Origin: Marsupella aquatica
Taxonomy: Eukaryota > Plantae > Marchantiophyta
Assembly: GCA_973895155.1 (NCBI GenBank)
Contig: OZ316895.1
Coordinates: 7,924,184 to 7,988,183, forward strand
Direction: 5' to 3'
DNA: 64,000 nt
The notes beneath the pieces were generated by a model. The model was not told where the DNA came from, searched no databases, and worked only from the letters and a program-made list of their open reading frames with translations. Shown piece after piece: positions 26,020 to 39,250 of this stretch. The first letter of the stretch is position 1. Every line of letters starts with the position of its first letter. The position numbers and the translations under genes were made by a program.

Positions 26020-26210
26020 AGGGAACTGTCACCTGTGACGTCAAGACTTACCAAGAAAGAAAATATAGGAGAGTGGTACTTACCAACTCTATCACCAAGA
26101 CACGAGACTGTGAACAATAGGTGTTCCTAAGAAACTATAGGAGAGCGGTACTTACCAGCTCTATCAACAAAATGAGAGAACACTATGACCCGCAGGCATT
26201 ATCCTGGGGA

Positions 26211-26223
26211 GGCTCTGATACCA
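26211..26223 (-). promoter_or_regulatory. Primer-binding site complementary to the initiator tRNA-Met 3' end
   Basis: Minus-strand TGGTATCAGAGCC lies immediately inside the 5' LTR. Confidence 0.95.
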
Positions 26224-26519
26224 TGTAAACAACGTAGTGTCTCTGATTGAATGATCCATGCTGAGGGGAGGCGAGGGCCCCACATAAATACACGCCAGGA
26301 AATGAGATGGATCAAGATCCATAAAGCAAAGCAAGGAGATCAACGGTAAGAGAAACAGCGTACCACTAACTAACAACTAATCACTACTACATGGGAGCGG
26401 ATAACACGGCGTGATATCCGGGGAGTGGGCAAGATACTAAGGAGAAATACAATGATGCTTTAGGCACTTAGAAAGCGCACCATAAGTACTTTACAGTAAT
26501 GGTAAAGCTACTGTCAACA
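26224..26519 (-). repeat. 5' LTR of the intact copia
   Basis: Identical to 21142-21437; followed by TSD CTGGA at 26520-26524. Confidence 0.95.
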
Positions 26520-27632
26520 CTGGAGTGGACAAGAATCACAACACGGTGTTTGCTAACTTTAGCAACGCGGTCAGGGACCCTGGTGCGAGTTTGGAGAGGC
26601 ACTGTCATTTCTCGGGAACTGATCAATTGCAAGCTGTAGAAATTGCCGTACCCTTGAAATTTGTCAGTCGGCTTTCCCTGATAGGCTGATACGCAAAGGG
26701 GGACTTCGATTAATATTTCAAATGCAGCTTTGGGCTTTGGGCTCTCCCTCTTTCATGCTATACAATGTAAAGTACTTGTAGTTGTAGCATTGCTCAATGC
26801 AGTACGGTGCTGTTCAGGTTTTTCGTCAGTACACCGACACACTATGGTCAACAGTTCACAGCTGACAAACCTGCGGAATACAGCACCGCTGAGAGCTCTC
26901 ATCAGATTATCAGAAGACTTTATAATTGAGCGGCCCATCTTCAGATTCTGAGTTCTACATTACCACCCCTAGTCTACCCTCGATGAAATCCAACTGCTAC
27001 ACAGTGCTGCCTCTACTGTAGACTCCACAGGAGGCTAACGTGGGGAATTCTGTGATGGTGTATGGGGGATGTGGATAGAGTGATAGACTGATAGAGTCAT
27101 AGAGAGAGAAAGAAAATGACACCTCGAGGTGGGCGCCCCTTTAATGCCCGCGTTTTTCACTGTAAAGGACGCAGCAGAAAACGTACTTACCGCAACCCAG
27201 CACGGTTACGCGCCCAACGACTCTTGTCTTATGACCTCACTGCCAGCTCCCTCACCAGGCTGGTGCCCACCAGGCCAACTGCATTCGCCTTACAGGCGAT
27301 TACAGCGCCACTGCAGGCGAGCTCGCTCAATGAGCACCATTCAGCGAGTTCACCCACATATATATACATATGTTGCTCCCCAGATCTAGTTACGTTCAAA
27401 CCTATCTCTTTCTTGCCTCTTCATGCTTTGTCAATTGTCTTAGACAGTATTCGTGATTCAGTCTTTGTCACTACCTGACATAGCTGGACTCTGGCGAGCT
27501 CTCTCCCATATTTATCGACGTGACACTTTCTTGACCGATACGTGCTACAGTCCACCTTTTTCTAAATAGCGCACGTCTACGTCTTTAGCCATCTGTAACT
27601 TCCTTGAACTCTCAGTTTAGTGTAGTTTCATC

Positions 27633-28661
27633 ATGGGCTCATCATGTAGGAGTCGATGCACGCAGTGCGTTTCGAGTCTCCTGATTACTATGTGCGTTTT
27701 AGCGCAGGTCACCGATCTCGTCGCTCGCCCAATTCCATTGCCATACAGATCGCTGAACAATACTGCATATCATCTGAGGGGATTGAAGTTTTTGGTGCCG
27801 GAGACCACAGTTTTAGATTACCATAATGGGAGCATCTTGACTGGAGGTGGAGGCCCTGCGATCAACGTATATCTTATCTGGTATGGGAACTTCAGCGATT
27901 CTCAGCGTTCAATTATTCACGACTTCTTTGCTTCCACACAGACTAGTAATTGCACGACTCCCTCAGTGGCAGACTGGTGGAAAATGACATGTGGCTACAA
28001 GGATACTGCCGGGGCCGCAGTGCCGTCGCGATTGATTGTGGTAGCTGAGACGAGCGACGCTGCATGCTCGAAGGGGAAGAATCTGCTCCCAGCTGACCTG
28101 GAAACTTTGGTCACTGGTTCTCTCGCGGAGTTCCCTGCTGATTCACAATCAATCTATATTGTACTCACAGCCGAGGACGTTGCTGCCGCTGATTTCTGTA
28201 ACAGTGAATGCGGGGCTCACTACTCCACCTCTACTACCGCAGCTTCAAAGAACAAGCAGTTGGCTTACGGATGGGTCGGTAATCCGGGCACTCAGTGCCC
28301 TGGGAAATGCTCGTGGCCTTTCGCTCAACCCTCTTACGGTCCATACAACATCCCTCTGCTGCCTCCCAATGGAGACGTCGGTATGGACGGCATGGTCATC
28401 AACCTTGGAACTATTCTTGCTGGAATGGCCACAAATCCGTTCGACACTGGTTACTATCAAGGGGATGCAACAGCACCTAATGAAGCAGCGAGTGCATGTG
28501 CGGGCATGTTCGGACCCGGCTCCTATCCAGGATATGCCGGCCACCTACTGTCGGACAGCAGCACCGGAGACAGTTTCAATGCATGGGGTGTGAATAGTCG
28601 GAAGTATTTGCTGCCTGCGATTTGGGATCCCATTACGATGAACTGCACGACTCCGAACTAA
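27633..28661 (+). CDS. EXORDIUM/PHI-1-like protein, paralog 3 (intronless)
   Basis: Signal peptide, LDYHNGSIL, VYLIWYG, QCPGKCSWP, PNGDVGMDG, TNPFDTGYYQG, YPGYAG and YLLPAIWDP..C. Confidence 0.96.
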   Translation: MGSSCRSRCTQCVSSLLITMCVLAQVTDLVARPIPLPYRSLNNTAYHLRGLKFLVPETTVLDYHNGSILTGGGGPAINVYLIWYGNFSDSQRSIIHDFFASTQTSNCTTPSVADWWKMTCGYKDTAGAAVPSRLIVVAETSDAACSKGKNLLPADLETLVTGSLAEFPADSQSIYIVLTAEDVAAADFCNSECGAHYSTSTTAASKNKQLAYGWVGNPGTQCPGKCSWPFAQPSYGPYNIPLLPPNGDVGMDGMVINLGTILAGMATNPFDTGYYQGDATAPNEAASACAGMFGPGSYPGYAGHLLSDSSTGDSFNAWGVNSRKYLLPAIWDPITMNCTTPN

Positions 28662-30015
28662 TTCGGCTTTCTCCAGGACTAGTTTTTTCGAACCCTGGAC
28701 TTCGCACTGGCCTTTAACAATTAGTGTACAGCTAGGTCACCGAGAACTAGAAGTTCGACACGGTCTGTAGCAAGAGCTGTCGCTCCTTAGGAACAATCTT
28801 GAACAGGATCCCCATTGGATCAACCAATTTTGTATATGTACTTTTGATAACTTGTTTTTTTACCTCCGTTGCCTCTGCGTACGCTGATTTCAGAAGGTAA
28901 GATTTCCAAGTGGGTAAGCTTTTACTTTGAAAGCTCGAAAATTGTGTATTTCACTCGAGCTGTCTGTGGGGCATGCTAGTGTCTCGATGACGGTGGGGAC
29001 GATGGTGGCTCGATAACCAAAAACTGGATATTGGCCCGATAACCGCGGTTTGATTGACAGTGGGTTGATTATCTTTATTGATACATAGTCGCTCGCTCCT
29101 GGAACAATCTTCCGATGACCCATATGGTTTTTTGTCCGAGCAACCAGGTGAACGAATATTTTCCACCCCGCATGTTCATCATTGACGGTAACTAGAACCT
29201 GGTACTCACGCCGGCAGTCCTCCCTCGATTCTTCATTATGGGTGTTACTCAGGTCCCGTGACATGACGAACTGAGCTCTGGTCCTACTAAGCAACTTTTA
29301 CCTTCCTGCTGCAGAAGTCAGGAGCATTCACTAACGAAAAGCTGAACCATAACAATTCCAAAGAAAAACTAGAAATCACTCTTGATGTACTCAAGGTTTT
29401 ATAGAACAAAAGTACCCGCCGTCGCCATCGACTACAAGTAAGCTCCATATATAGCCTATGGTCCCTTCGTCTGCCCAGGCCTAGTGAATCATGCCCTGAA
29501 AATGAAATATCTTCGCCCATACCTACTGCTGTTGAGACCTGAAGCAACGATATTGGGAGATCGAATATCACTGCCTTTTGTGACAGTAACTCACCTAGCA
29601 TTCTCCGATGTAGAGTAAGAGGCCTCAAGCATAACAGGACTTTGAGCAGGTGGCACATCCTTGGCTTAAAAGGAAGCTAAAGACACCAACACAGTGCCAT
29701 TGTTACCTGCCAAGGTCATATTTCGGGAGTTCAGACAACGTGAGTCGAGCTGCTCTTTTGCTCATGAAATCAGTCATAGATTTTATATTCATGTGAATGA
29801 GATTTGACACATTCGAGAACCACAGAAAATCAAATAATGATGTTGTACTTAAAAACCTGCATACTACTTGAATTTGATTCCAAGGAAAACAACAGAAACC
29901 AACAGAAACCGTCCGCCCTCTTACATACTCGATAATGTATCTAATGTACTGCCATCTGAATCCGCGCATAAAATTATAGTAAGATCTCCCAAAACATCTA
30001 CTGTAGTTTTCTTTG

Positions 30016-30114
30016 ATGTATTTTGATTATGCCCTAAAGAGCAAACAAATGTATTTTGATTATGCCCTAAAGAGCAAACAAATGTATCTTGATTATGCCC
30101 TAAAGAGCAAACAA
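30016..30114. repeat. Tandem repeat, 33-bp unit x3
   Basis: atgtat(t/c)ttgattatgccctaaagagcaaacaa occurs three times with no spacers. Confidence 0.9.
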
Positions 30115-33100
30115 ATTCAATAGGCTTGATTGGAATCTGCCCATAAAATGTAAATAAAATCCCCCAATTGAATCTGTTTTAAAATATTTAATTTGATTGT
30201 GAGTTAAATTGAATAGGCTTCGATTGAAGGCATGAAAAATTAGTTCTCAGTTGGAAAGGAGGAAAGAATGATTCAATCCTAGAAAAAATAAATAGTAGAT
30301 AAATGAAAGAGGCAATGAGTGGAAACCTTGAATAAGTGATAAAAGAGAAGGGGATAATCAAAGAATTTCAAACTGGTTCTTAACTCTATAAGTATGAACT
30401 GACTGATGAAATGAGAAAACAATGACACTGTAATTCTAGATCCAAGCAAAACTTAATTGTTGTGTTGCATATAGCATTGTCTTCATTTTTTTCTCTTGTA
30501 ATGATGTGTGAATGACTATTACATAGTATTTGATAGTATTAAGGAAAATACAACACATGCCAAATAAAAGTACATGTCACATAATGACCACTCAGGAAAG
30601 TACAAGTGCACAAGTCTTGAAAAATATTGGGGACTAAACATGGATCGAGGCTCATATCAAGCATCATGTACTTGCCTGCCTTAGGTTGCCCTCCACACTT
30701 GTACATTTCTCATATTTTCTGAAGGATAACTAGAGCACAAACGTACCCCATTTTTGGGTGGGATGATTGTTGAAGGAGGTGCATGCCCCCTCGATTCGAC
30801 CCTAGGATCTGTCCCACCCAGATCGCTGCTGTACCAGCAAGCCTAGCAGCAGCCGATGAAATATATAGCAGGTGCCTACTATGTACTTCTATATCAGCCC
30901 TGGGCAAGGGGGCGGGCAGTGGGCAGCTTATTGGGGCTAATCTGCATTAATTAGCCTCAATATTTTCTTTCATCATTCATTGAAAAATAGTGCACATATG
31001 GTATTCTCACTTGCTTTAATGATACTCAAATCAATCAAAAATTGTGCAAATAAGGTACAAAAGATACTCCCTTCCCTTAGCTATAATGACAATAAAAACC
31101 ATAAGCTTAGCAAAGAAAAGTTGGAGGAGTACAGGAGGAGTCCACACCCCAAAGTATCAATTCTCTCCCTCATTTACTAGAGTTGGCAAAACTTCCATAA
31201 AATATGTTAAAGGGGGTGAATCCACTATATTGAAAGCTAAATATATGTAATGGGGAATGAGAGCCTATCATAAAAAGATTAAAAAAAACCTTAGAGGGGT
31301 GCCAAAGTAATCTAAAGTCTAAATTATGCAAGTGGTGCACCTTGTTAAGCACATTAAAGCAATGGTGTATGGCAAAATTATTATGAAGACAAAACATTGA
31401 AATGTGATTGGCCAATTATAGTGGTGTCAAAATTAATTTACATGGTTTACATGTATTGAACCCATCTGTTTAACTTCCCTAACTCTGAACAAGTTAAATT
31501 GCTTGATTGGGAAGAAAAGATGCTCAAAAGTACTTGAGTAAAATCAAATGAAGCTTGAGTAAATTAATCAACACAGCTTTCAATTCCATGCCATATCTTG
31601 GGCTAGGGATTTCCATGAAATGTATTATCACATTTTTCCCTACCTATGACAACCCCAATTGCAGTGGTTTCCCCTACCTAGGCCCAAATATAGACTAGTG
31701 ACGAATCAAGATCACGAACGACGCTGCAAATGCACTTTACGCCATCACAAAAATATAGATTATTCGCCCACTATATTCTTGATGACAGTAAAAGTGTGAT
31801 GGTCTTGTAGACAACATGGTAGTTGCCGTTCCCGGTCCACAACACCAGAGCCTAGTGCTTTGGGCGATGTTGTAGTCATGCAGCCGATCCGATACTTAAC
31901 GCAGTTACTCGAACCCAAACTTTTGTGAGTCCTACGTGATAATTTCATGAGAGGCCTGAAGCCTGGAGTGTGATCGTCCCCAAGACATATCTTGGAGTTC
32001 CAAACGCTACGGTATGCAAAAATTACGGGCCACGTGCAATGCCTTGATAATATCGCGGAGAATCTGCGGTGGTTTCGAGGCTGAAATTTTCCTGCCCAAG
32101 GGAAGTTATTATGTTCAACGTACAATGTGAGGACATAATTATGACATATCCTCCGATAGCCACAGATGATTTGATTCTTAGAATTACAGTAGCTCGCATT
32201 AGTGTGGTCACGGGATGTGTAACCGATTCCGTCCGTTTGAACATTGATTAAGGAAATTCCTTCCTGAAACTACAGACCTACAGTCATATACAGAAGCAGT
32301 CACAACTGAATGTGCAGGTGGCCAATGCAGTATTGTAAGGAAACAAATTTACAAGTCTCCCTTCAAGCCAGATTGATTGGATATTTTCTTTGCCTCGAAG
32401 ACACTGACAAGGAGTAGCATAGAACAGGGCGGCAAACGCGGTTGGAAATTATCATGGGATTTCTCGGACATTTGTTGGCTGGCTCGCTCTATTCGCATTC
32501 GGGAGTGGCAGCCAATGTGTCTTTGCATAAGATGAGTAATTTGCTCGTCTGTGGTTCATAGATCCTCTCATGCATTGTACTTAACTTGTTGCCTGGGATG
32601 GCAATAAAACTGTCTGACAATGTTCTTTCAGTGTCTCCCCACGAAACACTCCGCTATCAGAAAGCAACCACCGACACTCGTGTTGTTCTCGTGTTTGGCA
32701 GTGTTTCAGACTCAATTTTACTCTCCAGCTAAGTTGTCCAGACAAGTATACGGGTTTGGCAGCAAAAGGTACTCTAAGCTAGCAAGGAACTTAGGCAACA
32801 GCGTGAGAGAATTTATGGCCAGACTGGTACAACAGAGGAGTGCATTCTTGATTTGATTGCCCATTTACGCTAATGGTGCAGTGCATTGAAACTACTCGCC
32901 TGGCAGTCCGTCCGTCGAATGAAGGAATAGTCAAGACTTGGGGGAGTGTCCAGGTACAGTCCTCGCTTACAGTAAAGCTGCAACTTTGGTCGGTGAGAGT
33001 TCATAAGCTTTCATCGATCAGCTCCCTGTCGTCCCGTTAAGGAATTCACTTTTAAATTGTTATTACGATCTCAGTTATTTTTTGACAAACTTTGCTTTTC

Positions 33101-35860
33101 GTGTTTAACTTCAATCTTTCTCTACGGGAGGGTATGTCTCTCTGACATTCCCGTCCGAATTTATTGTTCTCGATAACTCCTAAAGGCTTAATCTGTTTAC
33201 AAAGTACCAGATCACAAAGTACAGACTATAGAAATGCGGCATACTTATGTAGAACACGTGATGTCTGAAGCTTCTCAGACGTTATTTTCCCCTTGAATTA
33301 TTGTACCCAGCGAGCATCAATCGTACGTTATATTGTAGGTGCCCTGCCCACATCACGGTATGCTGCACGGTATCGCTCACAGTACACTGTACGCAGCTAT
33401 GGAGTTTATTGAAGATCCAATCCGTTAGACCCTCGCAGGATTTTACAACAATGATGCAGTCCAATCATGGCTTCAACTTTTGGTTATAATCTATGCACCT
33501 GCTTGTCATTGGGACTGAAATCATACCCTAAATCCATTCCCAGAATATTTTCTTTGGATGGTTTTACAAGAAAATGTCCATTAGAACAGGAGCGTGAGAG
33601 TTTTCTGTCATTGTTTCTTTCGTTTAAAAAGCTTGTTAAAACGAGCGAAGATTCAATTTCCAAAAAAATGCTTTCTCTTTTATCTGAAAGGGTCGTTCCC
33701 CAGAATGAAGTATGCTTCAATTGATTTCAAAACAAGAAAGAACAAATTTGAGAAAAGTTCAAAAACTTATGGGACTTTAATTTGGAAAAAGGGGTAGGAA
33801 CAAGTTTCCTAAATTCCTAAAGAGCAGCTATTTTGGTAAGCTCAAGATTTTCCGTGTGACTGACTTCTTGATGGAACACCTGTTTCATCCACGTCTTTAA
33901 ACTAACTTCAAGCAACCTCTGAAAAAAACAGGCACAACTCAACCCTGGTTAACAAGGTGGAGTACCAATTGGTTGAACAGGTAGAAAAGCTCTCTTGGGA
34001 AGTTTTGCTGTTAACACTCTAGTATCATACCATTTGGGGCAGTAATAGGCATCTCAAATGTTGAACAATGTGGGATTTTAGTTGTGCTGAGACTTTGCAA
34101 TGCAGGACGTGGACTGAAAATGCACGGTACACTGAGTAGGCGACCACACATTTTTTCCGGGACGTTTTTTGCACACAACAGCCCAACTTGTTGCAAGCCC
34201 TGTCAAAGTTCAACCCCCCTTTCTTACACATGCCCAAAAATCACTTCCTGACTGTAGTTTCGGCCATGACTTTTTGGGGTCATTAGCCCGGAGTAAGAAC
34301 AAGAAGTACACAGATTGAGAAGCCTGGCGTAGTACTAGTAAGAAACAAAGCAGTGTTCATTACTCCACATGCATATTAACTCTTTGATCAATATCCAGTT
34401 CCCCACAAATGATTGAACATACATATGGATATCATGTTGTTTCGTTAGTAGTATATGATATACTCTAATAATTTTGTTTAGTACTATTCGAGATACCCTG
34501 GCTACTAAACATCTATCCATGCTCTCACTGGGTTTTCTCAAAGGCCCAGTCATTTCTTATAAACTTTCCATTAGTGTGAATGCAGTGATAAGTGAATAGA
34601 GTTTTTCTTATTCACTCAAATGTCAATCATGGAAATAGATGCAACAAACATGGACCATGCTGTATGAAGGATATCTCATTGTAATGAGTCAAACAACTTT
34701 TGAGTTGTTCTCTTCCCACCAAAGCCTTGTGACCCTAATCTGCCACCAGCAAAACCATTCAATCAGGGTATTTTTGCACCTTTCCAATGGAAAAAACTAA
34801 GGTTACATTTCTCTCTTCTAGTTTCATGTTTAGACGACAGCAAGTCTTGTAGCATTTGATCTGGACATCAACCATGAGAGTTACTCAAAACCAGCCAGAT
34901 TGGTTCTTTTTGTTGTTGCAATTTGTCAGGGTAAGTGATCTTGCCTACCAAGCAAGTCAAAAAATTTATTATTTATATAGTTGACAGATTGAAGGACATT
35001 GCTTAGTAGATAATTGCAATTTGATTGAGCAAGAATTCATTAAGGTAATTTGATTGGTAAATGATTGAATTGGAAACTTCCTGAATGATTTCCCGGATGC
35101 CATGAAAGTGCCTCCAAATTCCCTGACATGTGCCCACATCACCAATTTGCTGTAAGGAATGTTTATGCATGTCTGCACTAGTAACAAACATACACGACTA
35201 ACAAGTTAAAAATGCGTAGACCTGGGATTTTGAATTCTGTGATATAACAAACCATAATGGATTTTGAATCTTCTGGTTTTTTGAGGTCCCGAGGGGTCTA
35301 ACTGCTTGTTATTTTGAGGAAAAGAAACTAGAAACTTCAAAAGTATATGCAGCTAAAATAACAAACAGCTGGGCGATCGACAAAGTCTAAGGGTGGACAA
35401 CGATGCACTGTCTATGGTCAAAAAAAATGTGCATGCTGTTGGATTTCTATTATTGGCGGATGGGATCAGATGTTGATGATTGACTAAGAGTGATACTGAC
35501 TGTGCTGTGGGGGGGGGAGGGCAAGGCACTCTTCATGCAACAAAATGGGTGTGGCGGAAAACTTCCAACTTGGAGACCTCATTACTCCAAGCAGTGTCCC
35601 ATATCACGCGTAAAGTTTTGGGAGAATAAACACCCTAAAACTTAAGAAAATAAAGTTTTTGTAAGGAATTGTTTTCCCTAATTTAATGGGATATTCTTGG
35701 AATATTCACATCCTATGATTCTTATAATAATCAAAATTGAATCAAAACAACACTAATGTTCTTCAACAGAAATTTAGAAGTCTTTCACTAAACCCAATAA
35801 GAATACCTTATACTTATTCAGGGGTGATGGGTTGGAAGAAAAGAAATGAGGACCCCGGGA

Positions 35861-36113
35861 TTTCCAAAGTTTGTAGAAGAACAAATATGACATGTTTTAT
35901 TGATTGGTTGGCTTTAAAGAACAAATGGGCTTAGTTATTTAATTGTAAAAACTAACTTATTTAAAGTTTTTAATGGTTTTAAGCAAATAATGGCAAAATT
36001 TAAAGAAAGGGTTCTGCAAAAAAAACTTGTAATTATGGAGGTCAAACACTAATTAAAACGTCGCACCCAATGTGTGACTCTCCATATAGCCCTCCATATA
36101 GTGACCCCCCAAG
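35861..36113. mobile_element. Truncated third copy of the 8-bp-TSD MITE family
   Basis: The interior aligns with 13007-13256 (ttccaaagttt..agaagaac..tttaaagaac..) and ends in the same TIR (ccatatagtgaccccccaag). The left TIR was not found. Confidence 0.7.
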
Positions 36114-39031
36114 TGACTGTACACCCTATACGGATGTACTCTGAGTTAGTCCGAGAGTTAGGCAATTGTTCTTTAGTTTTAGGGTTTTCATAATCCTATT
36201 TCTGTGCTAAGTAACTGGAGCACATAAGCATACTGAGATGCATCAAAAAGGTTTTGAGCCATAATGTTGCATCTCAAGTCCATTAATTTGGACTGAGATT
36301 ATTATTTTTCTACAGTTTGGGTGCCATAGCTGTTGCTTTTAGATGAAGTCCCTTGGATAAGCCCTTGCTACATGAATAATGAACTTGGAGGGTTGTTTTT
36401 TGACAAAGATTTTTACCTGAGAATATCCAATTTTGCTGGGTTTTCTTATGGCCACAATATATCATGGCCTATGGAAGGAAAACTTGTGTGCAATGTTTAG
36501 CTGTTGATGTGAAGAACATTATTGACTAACTATGGAGACCTGGATCCACCATGTTTTTGCTTCCAGCTGGAGAGTCAGTGCCAGTTTAAGTAGTATTAGC
36601 TTCATTACAAGGATCACAGCATACATAAAGACAGGTCTGCAAACTAAGTGAACCATAGCATGATCTCTCAGGTCTCACTTCAATATGCAAAAACAGCCCA
36701 TCAGGTGCCCTGAAGCATAGGGTTGCTTTATGGGTTTCCGAGAAAGCCTTAAAAACTTTTGTGGAAGATCATTAGATTGCGGTGATTTCCTGCCTGACTT
36801 GTTTGGTTATGTTGGCATCCATCATGGGAGGGGTAATGGTAAGTTGTTATTTTGTACAGGGTATGCTGAGATCAGTCACAGTCATATTAATAGCTGAATG
36901 GTCCCTGTGCACCCCTAAGCAATGTATAATACTCGGTGTTTTTATTCTTTTACTGACAATAAGGTTTGAACCTTTAAAACTTGGGTTTGAAATGGCTGTC
37001 ATGCCAGCTATCATTGTTTGTTAATGTGTGAACTTATCCTGTTCTTCCTAGAGAATTTTGATTGTGTAGTGAGACTTTACTTTGAAATTATAGGGGTCCT
37101 ACATACTGGATGCCCGACTGGATGTAGCATTTACACATAAGAAAAAGGGAGGCCTTGACAGGTCTAGACCTTATCCCAAGTTCATCTTCCACTGCAAAAT
37201 ACACTCAACCACCATCACAGAATTTTGGGAAAGAAACCATCACGATTCAAAATTAAGGTGTCTAAACCTTAGTTATAATTCCAAAACAAAAACAAAACAC
37301 AATACTAACCTATCCTTCAATCTTTCCACATCTATTGAAATATTGTGATGGGCTAATTAATAAGGAGTCTCAAAGCTGGGCTGTGGCTGAAAGTCACAGA
37401 TTTATGGTTCATCCTGTAACTACTTATGGGACCCAGTTAAAGAATCTAAGAATGGGGGAGGGGGAGCTAACATTGACCCTCACATTGACTGGCCCCATAG
37501 GGTGTGAAATACGGCCTCATCAATGTCAAACATAATTATACTTTTTTTCCTTCAATCATTCTTGCACAGCCGCTACCTCAATTGCGCAGCATCTGTCATG
37601 ACCATGTCAGGCGCAAAGCCCACATGCCTTCATTCACAATTTTTCCGAACTGTTGTATCTCTGCCAAAGTTATGGGAAATTTGTTTGGTGGTCTTTACGG
37701 ACCCCACTAGAGGTCCCTTCCAAAATTCGAGACTCCACAGTGTGCCACATCAGCAACATCCGCATGAAACAAGATGCATCATGTTTGCGCATTGAATAAC
37801 CTCCTCTCCATCTTGTTTACGTCAATTTTTGTGTAATTTTATGGATGTCGTGCCGTCAAAACGTAATGTAAGAATACTTAAAAGTAATTCATCGAAACCT
37901 ATTGATACAAAGGACAGGATTAAAAACATTCACCCATAATCCCTTTACTTACATTTATAAAAATAAATAGTGTTCAACATTAAAAGTAACCGTATTCATG
38001 TAACTGCCCAAATAACAAAACCGTCGGAACAAAAGAAGCTAAAGACCCTCCTCCCTCCTCCCTTAGCATCACGTGGTTTGATAATATATGGCCTTTAGGT
38101 TGGGATCAGTGAGTAGTCATCTTAGTGACACTCCAAATGCAACGAGGAGCCTTTGAAAATAGGACTATTGTCTCTAAACTTTCAACCAATGATCAACAAT
38201 CCAAGAGATATGGAAAATTGAACAAGCTCTGCAAAATTGTTTCTTTGTCTTCTAGATTTTGTTTGGTTGTATAGTAGGATATGTTGAAGCCAACAAATTT
38301 TGGCATCCATACCAAGCAAATAGATGGATTTGTGATGGATACGGGATTTCTCTTGTAAGTCCACAGGAGGATCAACGAGGGCTTGTCATGAAGGATTTCC
38401 TGAAGACAGGATGTGCATTCAAAACATTGGCAGCCTCATCGTTCAGCTCGTTATGTCTCATTTTGTGACAAGCGATTGGAGCAGGAGATGTCATAAGCAA
38501 TTGTGGCTACGTGTCACGGAGCTGCCTGATCAGGTGCCTGATTCTTTGTCATGCCCGTCACTTCTTGCTTATCCTGTTCAGATCGAAGAGTCAAAGATGG
38601 AAGCTTTTCTGAGATGAAGACATGGGATGTTTTTCAATTTGGATGGTGGTACTCACATAAGCTGGGCCTGCACAAGTAATAGTGTGTAGCCTCGATCTTA
38701 GTTTGCAATTATAATGCTCCTTTGTTGTGGACCAATGGATAAGAAGCACTGTCGAGCATAAAATTCTTAGTTAGGGAAGTTTTACAGAATTAGTTTGGAG
38801 AGTTCGATAGAATTCTTTGGCCACCAAGGTAATCACAGGAGTCCAAAAGAACATTAACTTTCTGAGTCGAACAACTGCAATTGCACCAGGCCCGGGTACA
38901 CTTGTCTAGAGGATCACTTGTTGTTACTTACTGGGTTGTTTCCTACTTGCCTCTTATTGTAATACATCTTCTATGTACTACAATTTGAGACTTATTTCCC
39001 CTTTTCAAAAAGCTCTGTACAAAACTACAAC

Positions 39032-39250
39032 AATACTCGAATATTACAATGGAGATGCATTGAATCCAGAATGGAAAGTAAACGTCTTCTTTACGGGAGA
39101 TTTGCTATTTCACCTTTTAGAAAAGGGCAAGCGAATACAGTAGGAATAGCTATGCGTAGAGCTTTACCCAATGAAATTGAAGGAGCATCTATAACATCTG
39201 CTGAAATAAAAAAAGTTAGGCATGAATACTCTACAATAAGCGGTATTCAG
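39032..39250 (+). pseudogene. rpoA: Plastid rpoA 5' fragment in the nucleus (NUPT)
   Basis: Translates as [73 protein letters not shown], the N-terminus of plastid RNA polymerase alpha. Similarity stops abruptly after GIQ. Confidence 0.9.

Larger units (their letters stand above)
21142..26519 (-). mobile_element. Full-length Ty1/copia LTR retrotransposon, very recent insertion
   Basis: LTRs at 21142-21437 and 26224-26519 (296 bp, TG..CA, no differences found by eye), a 5-bp TSD CTGGA on both sides, a PBS, a PPT and a single intact gag-pol ORF. Confidence 0.98.

Noticed and set aside
30016-30114. 33-bp x3 repeat as a CRISPR-like array
   Set aside because: The units are contiguous with no spacers, no cas genes are present and the context is eukaryotic.
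34600-37250. Possible hAT transposase relic (CAHITNLL at about 35128)
   Set aside because: Only one short CxH-like motif amid stop codons; no TIR or TSD could be established.
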